Below are positions 12,010 to 22,129 of a stretch of 52,227 nt of DNA, one piece after another. This DNA is from Gonapodya sp. JEL0774. Lineage: Eukaryota. Both the position numbers and the translations under genes were made by a program. The stretch is from contig JADIIX010000070.1 in NCBI GenBank assembly GCA_027604505.1, forward strand, positions 62,001-114,227, read 5' to 3'. Each line of letters starts with the position of its first letter. Position 1 is the stretch's first letter. A model generated the notes under the pieces. It was given only the letters and a program-made list of their open reading frames with translations, had not been told where the DNA came from and ran no database searches.

Positions 12010-14521
12010 TTACTGAGGCGGAGGAGTGATCCATGTTGTACCCAGTTTCCATGCCACCCGGACATCCGAGAGAGCGCCGAGAAGCCTGCACGCAGGACGG
12101 CTGATTTTCAAAGAGCCCTGGCGGCAGTCGTTGCACCTATAGTCATTAATAAAAATGAAAGAGTTGGATCAGCAACCAGGCGGATGTCGCATCTCCAACG
12201 TTCGACCACTTCAAACTCACGTGTCGACAACTTTTGCCGTCACACTCTTCTGATTGTACGAATTGAGCATGACCACATTCGTTCCACAAAACTGGTTGTT
12301 TGGCATATCAACGGCGCTCTATTTGAGATTCGTGTCCAGGTTGTGCGCCATTTCAGCCGACCGAGAAACCAGCAGGACGTCAGAAACAAAGTGATACGCC
12401 AGCGTCGATACAATTCCACATACCAGTGCAACAACGAGCTCATCAGCAAAAAATGGTATGCCACAAGAGCCGGTGAATGCTGTGCTGCCAGTGGTGAGGT
12501 TCTGAGAAAAACCAACAGGGAAAATTTCGGCACGGCGAGACGCACGTGTTTGTCTCCGACCATAAACGAACCTTTGGGTTACACAGCCCAATACCCGTCC
12601 ACACTGTGTCGTTCCACAGGTTCCAGACGCTCCCTGCTGCAACCGTCGCCATAGCTGGAGGTGCCCCGGTCTGCATTGTTGTCCGCGACATGATGGACGA
12701 GGACGGCATTGCCGCGGGAATGGACGATGGGGACGATGCTGGACCCCCAGCGAGAGTAGTGGTCTGTGTTGCGCCCATCACAGGCGACATCATCGGCGGT
12801 GACGGAACCGGCGCAGCGTAGGACGGCGCCGGAATGACAGGTGGTGCTGGTGCTGGGGCCTGAACCTGCACGGGAAGGGGTAACACGTTGGGCGGCGCGT
12901 CGAGTGGATTCAGCACGCCAGTGGTGGCGTCCGTCATGGGGATGAGTACAGGAGCGCCAGCGACGGGTGGTGGTGTGGGCATGCCGCCGGTGCCGCCTGT
13001 GACGGGGGTGGTGGGTTTGGCGGCAGAAGTTGATTTGGTCGTGGGAGCAGCGGCGGGGACATTGTTTACGGGAACGGGAGCTGGAGCGGCGGCCGGGCTT
13101 GGAACGGGGGCGGGAGCCGGGGCGGGGACGGCGGCAGGTACGGGAACAGGTGCAGGTGCAGGTGCTAGGTGCATGAATGGTTGGTGGTTTGTCGAGGAAG
13201 GGCGGGCGGACGAGGAAGTGTTTTAGCAAGTGTTGTTTTTTTGGTTCCATACATTACCAAACGTTTCGTGCACCACGCATAAAGGAGACTTGGGCAAGGG
13301 AACTTACCAGCCGTAGGAGTGATTGTTGCCACTGGTGGTCCAAACGGATTGGGGTAATCCCACCCGACCATCAAATTATTCGCACCATGACCCGTCTTGA
13401 CATCGTACACCACTCCAGCCGACGTTCCGGTCAAGTAACCGGGGATGTTGACTGTGGGAGCGAAGCTCGCTGCTGCACCGGCGCCTTTGGCGACGGTGAG
13501 GTCGATGCAAAAGACGGAGAATTGGATGCCGCGTTGCGGGTTGGCGGTGAAGAGGACGTCGGCGGTGCGGACGCTGGATATTTCGGCGCGGAGTTTGTAG
13601 GAGCCCGTGGGGAGGGTGGATGGGAGGGGGACGGAGAGGATGCCACCGTTGGCGATGAGTTTGACGGAGCACCACTGTAGGAGGATTGTGAAATGAAATT
13701 TTGGTTTTAGTTGTTTGTTTGTTGGTTTGTTTGTTGGTTGGTATGATACAGTCGTTCGTTTCATTCAGTTCGTTGACGAAGTCGATGTGGGGAACACAGG
13801 GAGACAGTTTGCGGAGTGTTACAGGTGTCCAAATGTGCAAAATAAACAAACTCACGCCGTCTGCACTCGTGAAAGTGTTTTCAAAGACTTTGAACCACCC
13901 AGCCGCTGTTGGTGCGGTCTGAGGACTCGCAGTCTGTTGCATGTAAACTTCGCACGTTCCGACATCAGCGGTTGCGAGGATATTGTCGCCAGGTTGCATG
14001 TTCCCAAACACCTATAGTCCGAGTGGAGTGGACGAAGTCATCCAGAGGGCAAAATCGAAGCAGGAGAACATGGACAGGGCAGCGTCAGTGCAAGATTCCC
14101 ACGTATGCAAGATGGACAGAACTACACAAGCTGTGCTCGATTTGATCCATCCCGCCAACAGCATCTCACCAGGTTGATGGTCTCCCCTGCGTTTGCGTTG
14201 CACACCTGGGTTCCGGGAGTTGTTGCACCCCATCCGCACATCAAATCCTGGGCCGTCAGGTCTTTTATTGGTGAGTTGACGGTGCTTCCAGCAGGAGGAA
14301 CTGTCGTTCGAACTGATAGAACGGGGTAGTTTTTTTAAAAAAAGCCTGGTTGGTGCGAGCGGGCGAAAAAAGTTCGCTTCTACGGCAGACTCACCACACT
14401 TTGCCATCTGCTGTGTCGGTGTGTTCGCATAAAACAGCACTGGTCCACCAAGCACTCCTCCCGGCGCCAAAATCAAAGCGACGACAGCAAATAAGAGCTT
14501 CCATCCTGCCATGCTGGCCAT
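12010..14521 (-). CDS. Secreted AA9 (GH61) LPMO-fold protein lacking the His-brace, with Pro/Ala/Thr linker and C-terminal RlpA/expansin-like DPBB domain
   Basis: Signal MAGWKLLFAVVALILAPGGVLG; AA9-like GTCEVYMQQ..GWFKVFE..WCSVKLIANGG.LSVPLPSTLPTGSYKLRAEI..GIQF...CIDLTV..VNIPGY; PA-repeat linker at about 12620-13170; DPBB-like GSCG..DELVVAL/SAVDMPNNQFCGTNVVMLNSYNQKSVTAKVVDT/CNDCRQGSLKISRPACRLLG..VRVAW; stop at 12010-12012. Confidence 0.8.
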
Positions 14522-15369
14522 CTCACCAGTTCTGGCGATCCCGTCAAGTTGTGCGACCGTGGCTCTCCGATGTCCTGCGCTCGCCGCTGCCCCCCTCCAA
14601 CTCCACCGGGGCTTCATTAGAGCTTCTCAATCGATTCAGTATCTCAGCTTCTGCGTCCGCGTTCCCCTCAAATCGTCCTGTTGTGATGGGCTGACAACCA
14701 GGTCGTTGCGGCTCTTCACCAAAGTTCGATTGTCCAGGTGCCGCACACAGAGTCGCCTCTGATCTGCGTGGGCTTTCAGGTATCCGGAATTCTGGTGGCG
14801 GGGATTCTCAACAAGACAAAGTCGAATTAGAAAATTTGAATTTTCTTTCGTAGTTTTCAAATCATGGTTTACTTTGTTACTTTTTGTGTTATCGGTGAAG
14901 AGACCGAAGAAAAGCGGAGTGGACACAACAACAATGACTCAAAATTCCTTCTGCCATGAAAAAATAACTCGGCATGCTGTTATGCTGTTGTCTGTTGTGG
15001 ACGAGAGTCGCGCCCAGTTGCTATTTCTTCTTTTCTTGTCCGCCCTGGTGCGGGTAATGCCCGGTGAGAAAAATCCAAATCAATCTATTCAGGATCCTGG
15101 AGGAGCAGCGCCAACCCAGATTGGCAGAGCGGACTTTACCGCGCATACCCTCGAACGCTTAATCATTCTGTATTTAACATGTAACGATGAATCGGCTGTT
15201 CGCCTAGGATACCACCACATCTACATACTGCCCACTCACTTTGAACAAAACGACATCGTCTAACATTAGGGAGGATGGATAAATATGGGGTGCATTCAAA
15301 AATACCACACCCACAACTCAAATGTCTGGAGGACTCGAACAAGGATCCATGCGCCTTCCATCGAACCAT

Positions 15370-15400
15370 TACCACCACCACCACCACCACCACCACCACC
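15370..15400. repeat. (CCA)n microsatellite
   Basis: About 10 tandem ACC/CCA units just downstream of receptor-like gene B. Confidence 0.9.
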
Positions 15401-15499
15401 CAGCAGAACAAACCGCCATATCCTTAGCTTCTGTTCAGACCGTCATCTCTCCCGGTCCCTATTTCCGTTTTTCGCAATCAACCATCCAGTCTCCATAAA

Positions 15500-18400
15500 T
15501 CACCTTTCCTGCGACCCAGACGGAGGCGGCCCAACAACGTCTGGCGGGGGACCCCGCACCCCGTACTGCGCTCCATACCCCTGCTGCTGGTACACGCCCC
15601 CGTAACCCCCCGCACCCGGTGGTCCTCCGTACGGCACTCCGTACCCGCTTGCAGGCCCCGTCGGGTACATGCCCTGCGGCGGGCCGTATCCTCCAGCGTA
15701 CACCGACGGATACTGCGCTTGCTGGCCGCCATAGGCCCCGCCAACCGCGGGATACCCGCTCTGCTGCTGCACCAAGTACGGTGCCACCGATTGTGGGGCC
15801 CCGAGAACACCCGAGGGGGATATGCGCACGCTCCCCGTGCCCGCCCGGCGCTGCGACAAGATACCGGATTTGACGGCCTCGGAGTTGGATGTGAGCCGTT
15901 GCGATACCGTACGTTGTTGATTGTAACCAGGCTGGAGGAGAGAGAGGCCGCCCTGGGATGTGTGGCTGGGGAGCGCGAGACAGTCGATGGGGAGGACACC
16001 GTACTGTTCGGTGGTAATCTACAACAGCAAGCATCACACATCAGAATAAATGTTCACACACGCGCGAACAGACAAAAACACTCACATTCGTCCCCACACC
16101 CCAACCATCCTGGAACACCGTCTGCAACACCACAAATTGACCCTGAGAACCCCGCAGCACATCACCCAGGAGAATCATGCCGGTGAGCATCTCTACATAT
16201 TTCACCACCTCGAGAACCAAACCACAACCACTCACCGGCTCCACCGCAATCTCATCCTCGGCATTCGGTACATGCTGGGCGAGAACCCGAATCGGTGGGC
16301 CCCGATACTCCACTGTATCGTCTTGGAGACGTCCTTGAGGCGTGGCGACTTGTACAAAGAACCACTGGTAGTTTGGTCCCAAATGAAACCCGGATAGCGA
16401 GAACGTTTCACAATCAGTTCCGACAAGATATGGTCCGACCGGTGCAACAACTCACGTGAGGGCCGGATCCGGACCCTGCGTTTGGTGCCACGGCTCCAAC
16501 GGCGATTGAAGGCCCTATGCTACCAGGCAATGTGTTGGTGACGGATGTTGTGGTAGATGGAGATCTTTGAGTTGAATAAATGTCAGCGACCGGTGTTCAG
16601 ATCACAGGAACGTCGTGACAAAATGTCAAGTGCTCACCTCACGTTTGATTGCTCAACCACCGTCGTTGCTCTATAGATAAAAGATTGAACAGAGCGTCAC
16701 ACAAATACCAGTGTCGAAGTCGCTCAGAGATCATATCCAACTCACGACAAGTTCGACGGTGGGGGACCGGTACTCCCAGGCGGCTTGGTTGACGCTGCTT
16801 CCGACAATTGCAACGATGGCTGGGGCCATGACAGTGACGGGTCCCGCTGCGTGGCTTCTTCCTTGTTTCGGCGGTTACGACGAACGAGGAACACCGCCAC
16901 TATTATGGCGACGAGCAGAAGAGCTCCACCAGCGGCGATTCCGACAATGACTCCGAGGGAGAGTCCAGAAGATCCGCCACTGTTGCGGAATACGGAGAGT
17001 ATGAATTGAAGTTGTCTCGGTGGCCAAGAGAACATTGTTCACCACTCACGTCGCCGTCGCATTGTTGCTGCCGTTCTGACCACCGATCGCAGCGGTTGTG
17101 GCCGCTGGTGGAGGCGCCGTGGGGGCGGCAGTCGTAGGGGCCGGACTTGGAGTCCCGGCGGCAGTCGCTGGAGCGGCGGCAGTCGCGCTAGTCGCGGTCG
17201 GAGGTGGTGGTGGTGCAGCCCCCGTGGCCGAAGTTGCACCTGAATCAGTCGATGTAGTTGGTGCTGCAGAGCTGCCCGCACCAAGCACACACGACGATCC
17301 TTGCGCGGTGTAGCCGGTTGAGCATTGACATGTACCGCCTGACAAGAGGCCACACGAGCCATTTAGTACCTAACCCAACCCCCATATCCTCTTCAAACTT
17401 ATAGTACCCACTTGTGCAGGTAAGGTAGCTGGTTCCACTGCATTGCGCACTCACAGTGCATGCGCTACCCAGGTTGAGACCACTGGCAACACACGATGAT
17501 CCCGACCAAGTGTAACCCGAGGCACAGTCACATAAGTCTTTAAAACCCGCAAACGCGCGTCAAACAGCGGGGCAAGAGAGAAATGAAGGGAGGGGAACGG
17601 TAAGAATGGAGTTTCCCTTCCGCGAGGATGCTCAACGAACTTGCAGAGGAACACGCCAAATGCGGCGAGCCAGTACATTGCGAGCTCTGCGTGCACGAGA
17701 CACCACGACCAAGACCCGTTTGAAGGCAAGAGCCACTGGAAAGTGTGTAGCCAGAGTAGCATGCTATATGGTGGGAATAAGTCCATTACGGAAAGAAAAG
17801 GGCACGTCATCACAATGCGGTCAATTTGAGGAGCCATAAAACGAAAAAGCGTACCTGACTGGCATTTTCCGTTGGAGCAGATTGCAACTCCATTTTTGGG
17901 GTAGGGACTGGATTCATTGCAATAAATTCAATAACAGATTTACGACAATCGAGAATCTGACTACTCACCATGCGTTACCGCAGGTACCACATGAGTTGAA
18001 GTCGATGAGCAGGCTAATATTGGTAACCAAAGGGTGGCAACCATCAGACGATGAAGGAAAATCCAGTCTTCTAACTCAACCCAGATGGCGGCAAATAGAA
18101 TATATGATATTTTTCCATTTCCCAACACGGCTTCAAGCATTCACGTAGGAGCAGGCTGCAGTGACTGTTAGAGGTGAAGCTGCTTCACGCAGCATTCCCA
18201 CTCTTGTTGCACCAATTTGTCTCCTGCCCATTTACTAATCGACAAAGACTTTGGAGACTCACTTGGAGCACACATTGGTGCAGATTTGCATGGAGGAGGT
18301 ATTCGTTGGGCACTTCCCGCTGCATCCTTGTGCGTCACACTGGAGGGGCGAAGTGCACCAATATGTTCCACAGCAATTGGCACCAGTGGACGGCATATAC

Positions 18401-18690
18401 CCAGTTCCACACGCAGTCAGCTCTTCAATTCCGTTGAAGAGTCGGGGACGAAGTGGGTTCAAGGTGGTGGCGGTGTCCAGAGACCGATCTCTCAGCATCA
18501 ATTCTTTGCACCGTCACGAGAACCAATTGGGCCGTTCACCGATAGTTTTCAGTTCATTAAGCGTTGCATTGTTGTCAGAAAATACGATTCGGACTCTGGA
18601 CTCACCATTGCGCTTGTATCCTTCACAGTTCCCCACATTCTGCATCACTGCTACCACTGCTACAGCGCTCCATAGTGACAAGATCTTCAT
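15500..18690 (-). CDS. Receptor-like protein B: signal peptide, Cys-rich domain plus EB/EGF-like repeats, Pro/Thr/Ala stalk, TM, SH3, Gly/Tyr/Pro/Gln-rich tail
   Basis: MKILSLWSAVAVVAVMQNVGNC; PRLFNGIEELTACGTGYMPSTGANCCGTYWC; DFNSCGTCGNAC; LGSACTVSAQCSGTSYLTC..GTCQCSTGYTAQGSSCV; TM GLSLGVIVGIAAGGALLLVAIIVAVFLVRRNRR; YQWFFVQVATPQGRLQDDTVEYRGPPIRVLAQHVPNAEDEIAVEP/GQFVVLQTVFQDGWGVGTN/ITTEQYGVLPIDCL. Confidence 0.8.
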
Positions 18691-18992
18691 TGTGCTCGCG
18701 TGCACTCTTGGCTGATTGCAGCCAGCAATTCACTGGGAGTGTAAAATGCTTTGCCTTCAGATGAATCCTGTTTCGAGGGCTGTGGGGAAGGGGAACAGTA
18801 CCAGCACCGCCTTTCAAGCAGAGAAGTATGTTATCCCACTGGAATTTTACAATGCATTCACATACGCCAAAACAAGACTAGTCAAATAATGAATTCTTTT
18901 CAACACACTGGATTATGCAATGTGTGCTGTTTGTTTTTGGTGCAGCACCTATGACCGTGTGGGTGGCTTGTCCATATCCACTCAAACCTCAT

Positions 18993-21728
18993 TTATCGCC
19001 TTTGTTGTGAGTATGGTCCCTGCCTAGTGGTTCCACTGTTGTAGGATGCCGACGGTGGAGGCCCAGAAACATCGTAAGCGTTGCGCTGGGAGAGAATCTG
19101 CGACGTGACGCCTAACGTCCGCGACGCGACGCGCTGCAGTTGCCCAGACGGACCCATGGAAGCGCTATCCGAGAGGCGCAGGCATTCTACCGGAAACACT
19201 CCATAGGTTTGCGTGTTCAGCTGGATGAGTGAAGCAATGAAGAAATTTTCAGCACGACTGCACGATGCAGCGGGATTGTTCTTGAACGCGGCTTTGACTT
19301 ACATTCGTTCCAATCGCCCATCTGGAATTGAAAAGAGAGACGATATTCAGAGTGAATGCCTCGGCGGATTTGGCATTGCAGGCAAAAAAAAAACAAGCCT
19401 CACCCGTCTTTGAATACACTCGCAACGCTGACATAATTACCCTGATTTCGAAAACAAGGCAGAGGTTTAGGACTATGGTTTGAGACCTATTCACCATGCT
19501 GACTCACAGGCGACAGGCCCAACTCATCTTCTGCCGAAGGGCTGTGTGGAGCGATGACGGGAAGAGGTGGTCCCTGATTCAATAACGAGAACAAAACGAC
19601 ATCATAATGGCGGTCAAATATTGTGTGGCGCCAAGTGGCAGGAGCCGGCTTTCACATACTTGATAAGGTACAGCGTCCTCGTTCAATTTACCGACGCGCC
19701 CTGCCAGAGTTGCAAAGAACCACTGGTACAAAAGGTTTCAGAGAAATGTAAAGAGTTAGTCTTGATTTGTCCAAGTACGTAGTGCCATCAAGAACTCACA
19801 TGCGGCTGTGAGAGCGTCTGCGACCCATCTGACACGTCTGTGGCAAAACTGTTGTTCACTGTCATATTCGCACCATTTAAGGCGCCGGACGAGGTGATAG
19901 AGCCAGGGCTGTTGCGGAAGAAGGCGAACAGGAGGTGATCGGGGGGAAGCCGATTGAAACAAGTAGGAAAGCCAAACAAAATCGAAGCGCTTCGCAACAC
20001 TCACGCATAGGAACTCTGAGAGTTCCAGTCGCTGTAAGTTCCGTTATCGAATGTTTCGTGCGGGGAAAGCGATCATGGATCAGATATCGATATGATTGCT
20101 TTGACAATTGTTTTCAAAACCCCACCTGTTCCCTCCCTGCTTTGAGTACTGTCCTTGTGAGCCCAACTGTTGCGACTTTGAGAAGCCCGACTGCTCCTGA
20201 ACAAAAGACGGCACCATGGAGAACTGCGACCCGGTCCATGGTCCCGAGGGACCCGAGTTGGGCAGCATCGAGGTTTGGCTGACCGGAGGTGCGGGCGATG
20301 ATGCTGAGCGGGATTTTTTGTTGTTCGAGCGGTATATCAGGATGCCAATGATGGCAATGAGGAGAACTGCACCGCCGGCTGCGATGCCGATGCTGTACCG
20401 GTTCCAGATGCAGGTCGGCGAACGGAGGCACATGTTGAAAACTTGTGGAATAGTGCCGCAAAGCATAAACTGCTCAACACTCACATTACACCCATACTCA
20501 GTCCTCCACCCTCCGTGGCACTAGATATCAACAAACGACAGTACCCGCCGACCCGGTGAGCAATTTTGAAATGACATTCTGGAGGAACGTTGGACCAGCT
20601 GAACGCTCACCCTCCAGTTCCAGTCCCGACGTTGGCCGTATTGGCTCCTGCACTCGGCGTGCCCGTACCTGTTGATGATACCGAGAGGGTTGATGAAACC
20701 GTCGGGACTGTGGATTGAACGGCCGCAGCAGATGTCGGAACCGCGACCGTGGTTGGAGAAGCGCTCGCGCTTGTGAAATCAGCCACCGCGGCAGATGATG
20801 AAGAGGTGACCACGGGGTCCACCGCGGACGATGTGATGGTGGACGAGGCGACGGTGGCAGCTGCGCTTGAGCTTCCCACCGTAGAGGATACTGTAACGTT
20901 GGTGAGAGTGCAAGTGGTGTTCTGCAATGTGTAGCCATCGTAGCAACGGATAGCACACACGCCATTCACGCAAACACGAGCACCGTTCGTGGCTGTTGGG
21001 CTGTTGGCGATAGGTCATCGAAATCATCCGATCGATTCATCAAGCGATCCCTCAGTAGGCCACAACGCACCATTGATTACCACACTGCATGTTCACCATG
21101 ATTTGAAGTTGTGGAGAAGAGTTGCATTTCAGCGTCCTGTGAGCCGCGCCCCAATCAGATTGCAAGCACCCACCACACCACAATCTCCAGGAGAATAGTT
21201 GATGCTAGAAGCATAAATGGTGCGTGTGTAGACGAGAAAGCAATCCATCGGTAACAGGTAGTGACTGGAGAGCGAGAGGACGGAACCCACTCCGTGCAGA
21301 TGTTGTTGCAGATATTCGGACAGGTCCCCACGCAAGTCCCGTTTCCACAGGTTGTTCCACCGGGACACCATGAACCAGAAGGGCAGCAGTTAGCCTGCTG
21401 GGGGACAATGGATCCGGCGGGGCATAGCTGGACTTCGGTCACTCCGAGGTACAATCGGCGAGCGAGGCGTGTCCCGGAGGACAAGGAGTCCAGCCCCTCT
21501 AGTCGGCCAGTGACAACGTTTTGCGCTTCATTTTCGGGATTTTGGATTAGGTACAGGCCGATGCAAGTCCACGGAAGGGTACAGATGGGTGTGGGCAATG
21601 GCGAAAAGGTGTTGGAACAGTCAGCACGCACCTTTCCATCGCACGATCTCAGTTCCAGTGACTTCATTTGCAACCAAAAGTGTCCCAGCGACGATGGCAA
21701 TCGCCAGAAAACGGTTTCGGGTGGGCAT
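18993..21728 (-). CDS. Receptor-like protein C: paralog of A and B (Cys-rich ectodomain, Ser/Thr stalk, TM, SH3)
   Basis: MPTRNRFLAIAIVAGTLLVANEVTG; RRLYLGVTEVQLCPAG..ANCCPSGSWCPGGTTCGNGTCVGTCPNICNNICT; PTATNGARVCVNGVCAIRCYDGYTL; TM YSIGIAAGGAVLLIAIIGILIYRSNNKK; YQWFFATLAGRVGKLNEDAVPYQ/GPPLPVIAPHSPSAEDELGLSP/GNYVSVASVFKDG/WAIGTN/..TYGVFPVECLRLSD. Confidence 0.8.
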
Positions 21729-22129
21729 AATGTCCAGTTCGCGCTGTGTCACTTCAGTGCGGCAGGGCACGATCAGTTCCAGACAACAAGCCTTTCCCCT
21801 CAAACCCAAGGGGACACTCATCTCGCACGAATCTTCACCAGTTCAACACGATGCATTGAATAAAGGAGGACGAAAAATGACCAACAAAGCTCGCACACAT
21901 AACCCGAGCAGAGCCGAAATTATTCAATGTGTTTGGAACATAGCCAGCAAACGATCGCCAAGAAAAGAGAAATGAATTCTACATAAACGCCGAGTGGCTT
22001 CACAGTAAAATGTTGTGCATCACCCTTTTTGGAAGCAAAAGGTGCATTCACAACAACTGTAATTATAAATTTGTGCCAAGTTGGTGTGGCGAACAAGCCC
22101 AAATCGCTCAAACCGTCCAAGAACAAACG

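Noticed and set aside
11854..13680. Long plus-strand ORFs (11854-12654, 12888-13226, 13177-13680)
   Set aside because: Antisense shadows of the GC-rich AA9/DPBB gene with no independent motifs.
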